Part shown: one piece after another, positions 24,353 through 35,509 of the stretch
Numbering within the stretch: the first letter of the stretch is position 1
Layout: each line of letters begins with the position of its first letter
Assembly: GCA_002189035.1 (NCBI GenBank)
Contig: NEEC01000031.1
Span: 124,001 to 188,000 of the forward strand
From: Utricularia gibba
Lineage: Eukaryota; Plantae; Magnoliophyta
DNA length: 64,000 bases
Direction of reading: 5' to 3'
Translations under genes and position numbers: made by a program
Notes under the pieces: model-generated
Told to the model about the DNA's origin: nothing
Databases searched by the model: none
The model's input: the letters and a program-made list of their open reading frames with translations, nothing else

Positions 24353-24772
24353 TGGTTATTTGCATGCAAGTTTGTGCTTTTTTTTTTCCCTAGTTGTGTA
24401 TATTTCCGAATTGCTGAAAATTTCTAATGGGCTTGTTAAGGCCCATATCCATTTTCGGGGTGCCCTTTGTCAAATGCGCATATTTCGTTGGTTCATTTTG
24501 CAAACTTCGAAAAATATTGCCCCTAATTCATAGAAGCTCCAGAAATCGTATCCGGAGCTCTGCGATTTCGTAAGAGAAGTTGTAAGGAACGAGTTTGATT
24601 TCAACGGATTAGGAAGGACTACGGTCATTTCCAATAACGTTTCCTCGGTATCAGTGAAGTTTTGGACTTTTTGACTTCTTTTACGCTGTCAAAGACGTTA
24701 TGCCTCGAAATATATAGGATACTTCGCTTTGTACGTTAAGAATACAAGATTTTCTGAAACAGAAACTCGGGA

Positions 24773-25601
24773 ATGAATTTGGGATTTGCATTGCAGGTTT
24801 CCTACCACCCAATTTCCACCGGAGCTCTCTCAAGAACCCAACACAAATCACCCTCGGCGCTCCAAATTTGCAGTGCACAGAAGAAGTGTTTGAGGTGTGA
24901 AAAGGTTTATGAAGAGAGGGATAATTCCCCTAATGCCTGCTCATTCCATGGGTATACAACCGGTATCTTCTCTCCCTTTCTTTTTTTTTTGTTCCGATTT
25001 TTTTCTGCTCTTTATTCTGGGTTTCATCGAAAGTTTGCAATTTCTTTCTCCAGTTTTCTTTCTTTTTCGCTCTGCACGATTCTTGAGAATATTGCTTCTT
25101 TTTTTGTGGAATTTGGATGTCCAAAAAAACTAGTTTTGGGGGAAATCATTCAAAAAACTAGTTGTCAACGCTTGTTGGATTGGAATTGCACGATTATTCG
25201 ATGATGGTTGTGACATTCTTTCTCCTTCTTTATCCGCTGCAATCATGTTTGAAGTTTATATTTATATTGTAAAGCTGCTGACAATGCCAACTACAAGCGA
25301 GTCTCTCTAAGATTTCAAACCAGTAAAGCATTCTCTTATTGTAATCTGCATGTATTTTATCTCGATAACAGGGGAGAAGGGACTGTTTTCATTTGCCCCA
25401 CCTCACCAAGGGATTGATGGCGAGTGGAGTGATTTATCTGGGGTGATCGTGTACAAATGGAACGAGAAAGATGAGAGGCCGAACACCGGGCAAGGAAACT
25501 GGAAAGGGAGATGGAGCTGTTGCAGTGAAAGTGATGAAAATGCTCCACCGTGTACTCAAGGTTGGCATGTCTCATATGACGATGGCTTCACCATGTATTA
25601 A
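24773..25601 (+). CDS. Small conserved Cys/His-rich protein of unknown function, probably plastid-targeted and zinc-binding, 2 exons
   Basis: Ser/Thr-rich N-terminus, then CLRCEKVYEERDNSPNACSFHGYTTG|EKGLFSFAPPHQGIDGEWSD...WKGRWSCCSESDENAPPCTQGWHVSYDDGFTMY. GT-AG intron ~24963-25371. Start codon uncertain. Confidence 0.8.
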
Positions 25602-25848
25602 TAATCTATAAGAAAGTTCAAATGAGAAGTATGCAGGAGAAGGAAACCTGTCTCTGTTTTTTGTTTGTTGATATGCATTGTAGATTGGTGTATGATGGAT
25701 TCTCGATATATTGCCTGGTGCTCAACAAATCATCATTTTGTATCATAAGAAGCACTGAATTTTCCACTAAAGCTCAATGTACAACAATTTCCTTTGCAGG
25801 AAGACAGTATTTTCAACAAAGATCTGGTTCCAAGTAGAGAAGAGATCA

Positions 25849-26544
25849 TCAGCCGACTGTCTTGAAAGACTCATGAAGGTGCCTTAGAGTTTCTTGATCC
25901 TTACCCCATTCCAGATTGGGGGCATTGACGAAATGTGCATAAAGTTTGTTCTTTGCACAGGTGACTGATATCAAGCTGTGAGCTCCAGCTCCATTAATCT
26001 CATACACATAATACACCTGCCCGTTCTCATCCTTCGTCTCTTCAGATGTAACATTTTCCGCCGTCGCGATCAAGTCCTGCAAATCTACATCAGATAAAGC
26101 GAGATTGTTGAGCACTACTTCTTTCGGAGCAAGGCGTGGGAATCCATCAAGGAATGTCAGGTACTCCTTCTCTGTCTTCTTCTTAGGATTGTAGAATTCA
26201 CTATCTGTTCCATTGGTTCCCTTCTGAATTTTCGACACCAGCCTCTCCTTCCATCCTTCCGGGACATCATACGTGTACTCCGCCGAGGCTTTCTTGTCAG
26301 CGTTGCCACCGTATCCGCCGTAATTCGCAGCACTGGCAGCGGTGCCGTAGTAGAGTTTGTAGGTGATCGGGGAGACGGCTAGAGAAGGCGCCGTGGTGGA
26401 GAGCAGTATCGCAGCGAGAGATGTGGTGGCGATTGTGGTGACTGCTTTCTGGAGAACCTTCAATGGTGGAACGGGGAGTTGGGGTTTGGGTAACGGCGGA
26501 GGCTGAGGCGGCTTTGCGACGGAGGAAGTGAACAGCGTGGCCAT
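25849..26544 (-). CDS. TL19: Thylakoid lumenal 19 kDa protein (Mog1/PsbP-like), intronless
   Basis: Bipartite transit peptide ending ...STTAPSLA, then YKLYYGTAASAANYGGYGGN...YDVPEGWKERLVSKIQKGTNGTDSEFYNPKK...HSLISVTCAKNKLYAHFVNAP. Confidence 0.88.
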   Translation of the reverse strand: MATLFTSSVAKPPQPPPLPKPQLPVPPLKVLQKAVTTIATTSLAAILLSTTAPSLAVSPITYKLYYGTAASAANYGGYGGNADKKASAEYTYDVPEGWKERLVSKIQKGTNGTDSEFYNPKKKTEKEYLTFLDGFPRLAPKEVVLNNLALSDVDLQDLIATAENVTSEETKDENGQVYYVYEINGAGAHSLISVTCAKNKLYAHFVNAPNLEWGKDQETLRHLHESFKTVG

Positions 26545-26670
26545 CGGCGAATGGAGGAGCTAGCGATCACGATTCGGAAGATTACTCTTTATCCTTATCC
26601 TCACAGGTTTCTCGCTGCCCATTTGTCAGTGGGAACAAAATACTGCGGCATGTCGCCTGGAGTCACCTGA

Positions 26671-26775
26671 TGGGCCTGGCCCAAATTATTATATTTTAGT
26701 CCAATCATCAGTCCATCAGTGTACAACAGGCCTATTAGTAGAAACCTGGGTGTGGCCTAAATTAGTTTTAGCCCA
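26671..26775. promoter_or_regulatory. Site II cluster in the TL19 promoter
   Basis: TGGGCC at 26671, GGCCCA at 26678 and AGCCCA at 26770, 127-231 bp upstream of the minus-strand ATG at 26544. Confidence 0.55.
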
Positions 26776-26944
26776 ATCATGAACGTTAGTCAGTCAGCCG
26801 GTTAAAGTGAAAACCAAGGGATAAAAATGGCGTTGCCTTCAGTTCATCCACACCGTTGATAACGAACAGTCACGCTTAAGGAGCAGAACAAACATCAATG
26901 GCGAAGAAGAGCAGCTAGCTGTATGTCCCCCGAGGCCTGATCTC

Positions 26945-26974
26945 TTCTTCTTCTTCTTCTTCTTCTTCTTCTTC
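26945..26974 (+). repeat. (TTC)10 microsatellite immediately downstream of the RER4 stop codon
   Basis: Read directly; it is (GAA)10 on the RER4 mRNA strand. Confidence 0.9.
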
Positions 26975-26975
26975 T

Positions 26976-28756
26976 CTATTCTCGTATCTTCTGGATCCCG
27001 ATCCACCGGGCGTAATCCACCCACCTTCTCGGATAGATAGATAGATAGAAGGAAAACGTCAAGGGCAGGGAGCATGACATGAATATGAACGGTCTTGGGA
27101 GGGAGAGTCTTACATCAGCGATCCCAAGAAGGTGTTTCCCGTGCGCACGGCGAAGCAGAGGATGCCGAGGAGGACCTTCTGTTCATGCAGCAAAGGCTCT
27201 AGGATGCGCTGTTCCACGACTCCAGCGAGGACTTGGTACCTGAATATGTTCGTGAGGTCAGTCTCCTGTGTTGCGGCATTACCGATTCGCGTAGCGGTAC
27301 CTCAGGTTGCTGGACACTGCCATGTACACTCCATAGGCAAGGCTCGTGGACAGGATAGGGACGTCCTCAGCTTCCACAGCGTAGGACTCATCGAGGGCCT
27401 TTCTCGCAGCGATCAGCAAGTTCGTCACCCCTGTCCCAATCTACACACACGCGCGCATAACAAAAGGGGGAGAAAGACTTGCACAAACAGGGGAAAACTG
27501 GATCGTATTTTACCAGTGATGCGCTGGTCCCGACGACGAACAGCTTCGACCCATTTCTCTGCAGTCGAGAATCACAAACTCCCTCAGATTCATCAAAATG
27601 GAGGTCAATTCATAAGTGGATGGGGGGAGTTGGTGAGCAACTGACCACAATGGCTCCGATTCTTTGAAGCAGGGAATAGGATGTGCCTGGCAGGGCAACC
27701 TGTGGCAACACAATACACGATGGCAACACGGAGAGGTAGAAATGGACTACAGATGAAGCTTAGCTTCTGTACTATACCGATCAAGACATGACCTGAAAAG
27801 CATTGTCGGGCCAGCCGTAGAAGAACTTATCAAGCCCAGCAGCTTTGATTGCTAGAGGTGGCTGAAGAGAGACGGTAGGAGCAGGCAACCAGACCAACAT
27901 GAAATCTGCGATAATGGCCATGATCTAAAGTAGGGACTGTCAGAATACACTGGAATCAAAGGTGGAAGCTGAACATAAACGATCAAGAATCCGATAAATG
28001 ATTCAGCTAAGCTGATCCCGTGTGTCAAATGCTTCATACTCAATCTATTCAGTTTGCTGAGAAAAAAAAAATCCCTACCACATCAGCGATGACGAAATCC
28101 AACTCCTTGAAGAAGTTCTCTCTTCTTCTTTCCAACTCTGCAGCTGTCTGATGCACAAGTAGCAACATTGGATCACAGATTCTGAATCGAATCCAAAAAA
28201 GATACCAAAAAGGAGATCCAATAACCTTTGTGAAAATCCCAACTCCGCACTCAATTGCAACTTTGGTCAAGAAAAGATCATCTGCGAGCAGCCTCTCCTT
28301 GAAACCTCCAAATTGAAGTAGCCACCCAAGAAATGGTGACTTTTCGAGATCGAAGAATCGACGAATGATTGCCCCTGGAATTTTCCCTCCCTCAACGGCG
28401 GCCGCTAGATCTTTCGGGATGCTGTCCAAGGATCTTCCAGCCTCCGACAATGCCAAAAACGCCTCTCCCCTGTTTCTCTCCTCAGCATCCTCATCGCCGT
28501 GATCACCTCCGCCTCCACCGCCACCTGTACCACCGTATCCATCTCCGCCTCCGCCATCCCCGGAGAAGCAGACGAAAGAATGAGAGTTACGCGATTTGGG
28601 AAAACCTAATTTCTGCCGCGAAATGCAGGAGATATCCGTCCTGCTAAAAGGCTTCGGAGCCACCGATAGGGAAACTTGGTGGAGAAAATGGTGATGACCC
28701 GCGGACGGCGACCCGCTAAATGGAGTCGCAAAGCGCAGAAACGCTACCGCTGCCAT
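26976..28756 (-). CDS. RER4: RETICULATA-RELATED 4-like plastid envelope protein (DUF3411), 8 exons
   Basis: Transit peptide plus Gly-rich stretch, then FKERLLADDLFLTKVAIECGVGIFTK|TAAELERRRENF, IMAIIADFMLVWLPAPTVSL, PDNAFQ|VALPG, RNGSKLFVVG, YMAVSSNLR|YQVLAGVVEQR and GNTFLGSLMWVDYARWIGIQKIRE. All introns GT-AG. Confidence 0.92.
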
Positions 28757-29134
28757 CGGAGTGCCTCGAAGGAAAAGTTGCCTTTTTTTTTGTGGGTTAC
28801 CCTGCTCGAGCTTAAAATGCACTCCGAAGCACACAGTTAGGAGAAAGGAAGACAATAGAGCCAAAGAAGGCTCCCGGTTGACTTTCCGGCGGAATGGGGG
28901 AGGAGGAGAATATATGAAAAGTAGATGCGGAAAAATCAGTAATGAAAAAAGCAGATCCCAGAATCCAGGTGCATGATCACCACAGATTCCGGATATTTCA
29001 GCCTGCACATTCTATGGCTGATACCTCATCACCGCAAAATACCATCGTACTCAAATCCTTCCCCCCTTCCCTTCTCTGATGATCGTTCTCAAGGGAGCAA
29101 CAAAAATATCAAAAGCATAAGCGCAGCCAACGCA

Positions 29135-31443
29135 TTAGCTTACCTCGGAATCCAAAAAAAGTCTCAACTTGTACACAAGAAGCTCGCGTGATCCATACAG
29201 AGGTTTCCCGCCTACGATCCAATCCCTTTCAAGAGCTCCAGCCTTCGCAGCATTCGCCATCTCGTCGTGGAAAGCATACACGATGCAGTATATAGAGGTT
29301 TTTAGGATGTCGGCCATTGCATATGCTTTCGCGTATAGAGGGCTGCCGCGTATCTTTCCCATTGCAGACGCTGTGGACTCTCTTCTACCGGTGTTCACAG
29401 TGGCCCATTGTATTCCGGCAGGGCCAAGATGTGCGGACTGTATGCTGGTTTTCTTTCCCATGAGCGTCTCGACGGCTAACAAGCAACACAAGAGGGTAGA
29501 TGTGACAGCTGCATTGCTCCCTGTGATCTGTGCAACACCATACTTGTCTTCCCTTCGCGATCTTGATGTCAGTGATGCAACGATGCGAGCACACCATGAA
29601 CAGCGCTGCAGCATAATAGCATGAAGATTGAATTTGAATGATCAACTCCAACCAAAGATGGCTTGAGGAGTTGTATGCAAAACCTCGAAAAGAAACAAAA
29701 GAGAAGTAGTGGACAGAAATTGAGGTTGCAAGTTTACTTGTCAAATCTCTGAAGTCAAAGGAGTACCTGGGAATCCAAGAATGGTTCATTAAGTCTTGAA
29801 ACAGAAAGTAGATCAATTGGTGACGTTAGCTGATCAGACAGCGCAATTGGCTTGCCAGATTTAGAGAGCTCCAAATCTTCAGCGAGTTTCTGAGTGAACT
29901 GCTCCAAGGGCCGCAGGCACACGACCATTACCTCTTATACGTTTCACCAGTTTCCTCAAAGAATGCCGCTCTGCGCCATGTATCAACATTGTTTTCGCAG
30001 ACCATACACAGATCCAGATAAGCAAGGTATTGCAAGAGTGACTTCGGTGTGCTTTCCTCCAGCGTCGCCAGAAGATACTCGCTTGGGTTCATTTCTGCTG
30101 CTGCTGATCCCTTTTGGGGAGCAAATACAAATCTTTTTGTATGAAGAACCTGTACAGCCAATATATTGATAAAACGCTTCAAATTCATAAAAAGCCATAA
30201 TAAATGATGCGCATGCCTACTTTGTGCTGGGAGTGAAAACATGGAAGATGGAATACCTGATGCAAACAATGACTCAATTCCCAGCAAAGAATCACCACAA
30301 AACACCCCATCGAGAAAACAAACTGCTCAATAAGAAACTTTCCAACAGAACTTGCGCTCCTCAAATCAACCAGCAAAGGAAATGCCACCACCCCTGATAA
30401 AAAACCACAAACCGAAAATATGACAGCCTGTGCAGTAGATAGAGGAAGCCCCATCTTCATGCTGAAGAAAGGAGGGCGCTGTACACAAGAAATTAAAGGT
30501 AAGATCACCTCGGAAGTCAATTTATTCTTAATAGGTATAAATAACGCAACAAAAGGCAAATACAAAAGTCTTTAAAGAATACTACTCCTTTCCTAGAAAA
30601 ATTTGGACAACAATGTGACTGACCATGAATTATTTAGAAATAGGATACTAGCCCATGCTTGGGATTCATATAATTCTACTATTCAACCAAGGAAAAACAG
30701 GATCCTATGCTCATATCAAGGTCATCTAGAGGCTAGCATTCCAGCATAATATTGACTAGAAACTTCAGCACTTAAGGCAGAACGGAAAAGAGAAGCAGTT
30801 TGCTCAGCCAAAAGTATTATAAAATCCACTAAAACAAGAGGACAGAGATTCAAGATACCTGCACAATCGGAAACCGCAGCACCCATTTCTGCTTATACAA
30901 AAAGTGCAACCCATATACCAAACCCATTAAGAAGCCTCTTAATCCCAAACGCTTCAAACCGAGAGAACCCACACTACGAAAACAATCACATGCCCAGCAT
31001 AACGAAACAGTTACTACAGCCCCAGCAATTGCACAGAGGCCTACAAACATTATAAAATTCAACGACACCCTAATCCTACTCCTCAAGGAAGTTTGGTTCC
31101 CCCGGGGAACAAAAATTACGCGGATGTACCAAAGAAGAATCTCAAACGGGGGAGCAAACGGCAATGGGTAAGGAGACGAAATAAAGAAAAGGGCAACCGA
31201 GACGGAGAGGAGCGACAGATGGAAGGAAAAGAAGGCGAAAAGCGAAGCGAGAGTGGGCGAAAATGGGTTTTTGGTGAACCCAGAGAGGAGAAGGGTTTTT
31301 GCGAGGAAGTAGAGGAAGGTTGATTGAAGGAATTGCCATATCAGAAAGCTGAGAAAGCGATGCTTGACGATGGCGGCGTGGGATCCTCCTCCACCCTCCT
31401 TATCCTTGAAGAGAGACAGACCTACAGCGGCGGAGATTGACAT
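29135..31443 (-). CDS. NDC1: Transmembrane nucleoporin NDC1, 5 exons; one frameshift as assembled
   Basis: [12 protein letters not shown]-terminus and TM segments; [76 protein letters not shown] and [16 protein letters not shown]. The frame breaks at 29931-29932. Confidence 0.88.
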
Positions 31444-31821
31444 CAGGCGAAACGTTCCTCGGAGAATCGATTGCCGGACTAAGGAGAGATTTGGCGTTTG
31501 AAAAAAGTGGACTTCACTGCACCGACCATTTTCAAAACAGTACCCAGCCCGAGACTACGCAGGTTATTTATCGAGTCAACATTCGCCATTCACGATCGAT
31601 CCCTCGTCTCCTGACGGGACTGCAACACACTTCAAAACCCAATAGAGTTTTCAACATAGCAGATTGACATACTATTCGGATCACCCATTTGCTTCCATTT
31701 TGTGTGATATCAAATGTCATTTCTAGATACACAAAAAAATCAACAAGTAGAACTAGGACGAACTAATGGTGCAATGGGTTCCGAATCATTCAGTTTGGGT
31801 TCGGAACTGCAATTCAACTAT

Positions 31822-31844
31822 GGTTTCGGTTTCGGTTTCGGTTT
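31822..31844 (+). repeat. (GGTTTC)n short tandem repeat in an AT-rich block; possible non-autonomous transposon remnant
   Basis: ggtttc ggtttc ggtttc ggttt, with related ccgaa/ttcgg words between 31780 and 31880. No terminal inverted repeats or target-site duplication identified. Confidence 0.4.
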
Positions 31845-32417
31845 GAAATCGGATTACGAAATCTTAAATTGAACCGAAATTAGAATTGATCGATTATTGT
31901 TTAAATGTATGATACGTTTTTCAGATATCTATACAAACGATTATGGATATCTGGAAATAAATATGTATTTTATAGATTATTAAACGTTGTTTGTTGCTCA
32001 TATTCCACTGTCTATGTCCAGGAAGGCGGTCCGCCTGATGACCAGAATCATGATACTTAGCTGTAAACTACATATGCATGTTGGTGAGTTAACTCAATGA
32101 AATTCCAGAGCGCTTCCAGGAGCTTCAACCTGAGCCACACTGTCACTAATTTTAAGAAAATCAGACAACAATGAGAAAGACATCCATTTCTTGATAAATT
32201 GAAACTTCACATTCCAAATCACAACACGATGCAGGTAGTAAAAATGCGAATTTGTAAATAAAATCAGCCATTCTGGTTCAGAATGGTAGGATGAGAATAG
32301 GAGAGCGAGTTCTCTAAAATGGGTGTATCGTAAGCCGGTAGGTAGCATAAGTACAATTAGAGATGGGATGAAGTATCAATCAACGTAACAGAAGAAAAGA
32401 AAAAGGGTATTGCTTGT

Positions 32418-34326
32418 TTATATTTGTAAGTTGTGTGTGAAGGCCATTTGGGAAACCCCTTCACCACACCACACATCGTCTGTGATGAACTGCATCCATG
32501 ACTCATCTTCATCCTTGTCATTTCTATCTTCTTCCTCCATATTGCAAACGTTGGATGGTGATGATGCGGAGGCCAACTCCGGCGTAAAATCGAGCAACCC
32601 CATGTTACTTGACTGACCCTGAGCTTCTTCTGCCTCCGGGCTCAGCCAGTTCTTCTTGAAAACGCGGCATAATGCGTATGAGTCCTGTGAAGGCAACAGC
32701 AAATCTCTTAATTGTGACCGCATACATTCATGGACTGATCCGATCACGAATCGTGAATTCGAGTTTCTGTTTTTTTGTACTGCTGCCAAACAGTAGTATC
32801 CACCTATGCGTTGCACATTGCCTCACAGCAGCCCTACGTTGTGTGTGTGTGTGCATGAACAAAAAAAAAGCACGACCCGGGTCTGCGGCATTTCTCTCGG
32901 ATCGAAGATGGAACTTGCAACTCATCACTACGACTAAAACCATCATGCAAAAAACAAACAAAAAAAAAATCTAAAGGCTATAGAAGAACATGGCTTGTGA
33001 GGGAGGAAACCAAGGGAATAAAGTGAAAAAGCAAGCCAACATCTTGTTACAAAAATGAAAGTGGGGTATCCTACTTTTTGGGTGCAATAGACAAAACAAT
33101 GGCAACATCTTCTGTAAAGACTACCGTATCAGAAAAGCTCAAGGAAGACTAGAGAAATTGATGGCTGAGGTAGATCACATCAGATGATTCAGTCATATGG
33201 AAGGATCACACTTTTGTCTCACTCTTTCAAAGACAAAGTGGAAACCAAGCTTTGTCACTCAAGAGATCTTTATGTAATAGTTCTTCAAGAAAAGAATCAC
33301 ACACACAACCTGCACTTTCAGGGTTTTCATGGAACGCTAAACCCTCATTTTCTCGATACCGGCGTTGCATGTTTTTTGTAGCAAACTCTCAAGCTATTTC
33401 CATGGGGAAAAGAACCATGACACCTTAAAACTCTTTAGAATACAATGAAAATGACACAGAAGGGTGTCTGAATTAGGGAAGGATGTCACATGCTAAAAGC
33501 TCAGGGATGCCGCTGCTCTTTATATCAATACTTTGATGAGAGGGGAAAAAAAGGAGTATGAAAATTTAGAGAAGCCAATTCTTTTTTACCCCTTCATAAA
33601 AAATAAAAAAAAAAGCTGTTTGAGAGTCAAATGATGACACATCAATCAAGTTATTTCAATCACAAGGGTAGACTGGCTTCTTTTATGTAAGTGAAGATCA
33701 GTTTAACCATACGGGCTACCTGGATTCCAGCAGTTGTTTCATCCGACTCCTTGTCGTCAAGACGGTACTCATGCATCACCCAATCAGTTCTGATTCCTTG
33801 AGGTGCTCTTCCCCTATAGTAAACAAGAGTTTTTTTCATGCCAATGGCCCTATTTTGGCTTGTCACTCTCCTATCCTTCCCTGTAGATTTCCAGTATCCG
33901 GCTCGAGTTGCGCGGTTCGTTCTGAATCCGTTCGGATACTTGCGGTCCCTTGGCCCGAAAAAGTACCACTCCGGATCCCTACTAGGCAAGAACGATTTTT
34001 CTACAACAATAAGAAAAAAAAACATCAGTTGATGAAATGGAAGGTTATGTTAGGTTTTTTCTTCAAATATCCTCATTGTGTGTTACCCCAGCTCAAGGTA
34101 GGTCATCCAACACAGAGGCACTGTCTCTACATATTTCAAGTTTTAGAACCAGAACATATCCCCACTCACCCACTAGTTCCCAGGGCTCGCATTTGTAAAG
34201 ATCAACTTCAGGGATGATATCAAGCTCAATCTCGAGGCCATGGATCTTCCTCTTGAGATAATAGTTCACCAGCTCCTCATCGGTGGGGTGGAACCGGAAA
34301 CCGGGTGGCAGTCCTACCGGAGACAT
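32418..34326 (-). CDS. NAC057: NAC transcription factor (ANAC057-like), 3 exons
   Basis: [72 protein letters not shown] and DWVMHEYRL|[12 protein letters not shown], with the C-terminal [12 protein letters not shown] motif. Confidence 0.93.
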
Positions 34327-35386
34327 GAGCAGAACAGCGCCTTCTCCGATGGACAGGGAACACAGAAGCAGTGGTGATGAGGCGTGCTTGTGCTGATTTA
34401 TAGGGATCCAAAGTCTCTTGTCTTTGAGTCCATTCACACCCTCTTTTTTTCTCTTTTTGAGATTCTTAGAAACGTCTCATTGAAGCCCTTGATCCCAATA
34501 CTGTTACATCCCCAAAGGCCAAATGCACGACTGTTCACTGCTAAAGGCAGATGACCATCGCACACAGTTCTAACACTTGGTTTTGTTGCCAGTTTCTAAA
34601 TTTGAAACCCACTGCTAATCTCAACCAGTGTTTGGTGTAGAACCACCTCCAAAAATAAATAAATTGGTAGTGCAATATTTTCCTCTCAAGAAAAGAGTCC
34701 CATCCATCCCTTACGTTTCTTGGTCACCAAACCAATCAACCCATCACTTACTTGTGGTAGAATATGTTGGATTTCGATCGTGATAATATCTATCAAAACT
34801 TCCAAGATCTTGATCATCAGATTAAAAGAATTTATTGTGGGGACTTAATTTTTTTTTTTCAAGAGTGGTGTTTATTAATTTTTTTGATTTAATTTCACTT
34901 TGAATGATGTATTATAAATCTGGTCACTGTATTTTGAGTGTGTAAAAAAAATGATTATCATATATGTAATTTTGGTGATAGTATATGAGAGATAATGGCC
35001 GGATGGGCCTTTTTTTATTGACCCTCAATGTGAACTATCCGACCCGATTCGGGAGGCGAACCTAAATAAGTAGGCTCGGGAAGTGGGGGACCACAGTGGT
35101 AAAGAGTTGGCTCCGTCTGGGGCGGTCACTTTCGGCTAAACCCCCCTGCCCTGCCCCGCCCCGCCCCCATGAATATTATAACATTTTTTTGTAATAATTT
35201 AAAGGTGAAGTACGTGTATATGATGAATCATTTGTTGTAATGAATAAGGTTGTTGTCCTTGTACTACACAACTCAGTCTCCTTCCCTAAGAAAGCAAGCA
35301 GGCGACGAGGGCGGTTTCATTTCCCTTTCAACGAATTAACAGGAGAAACGAAACATGTTTCACTACTTCCTGGCAGCAGAAAAAAG

Positions 35387-35447
35387 AAGTCAATGCCCGA
35401 ACCATTCGGTGTTGCAAAAGGGGCACCGGATGGTGCGTTCTTGACTC
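35387..35447 (-). promoter_or_regulatory. Conserved HD-ZIP IV 3'UTR RNA stem-loop element
   Basis: mRNA strand: GAGUCAA-GAACGC-ACCAUCCGGUG-CCCCUUUUGCAA-CACCGAAUGGU-UCGGGCA-UUGACUU, 63-123 nt after the stop codon. It contains the family motif UGGUUCGGG(Y)AUUGACUU. Confidence 0.8.
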
Positions 35448-35509
35448 CTGATATGAATCGAATTTACTGGTTTCGAAAGCATCATTTCTGCCCTCCCTGG
35501 ACGCTCCTA

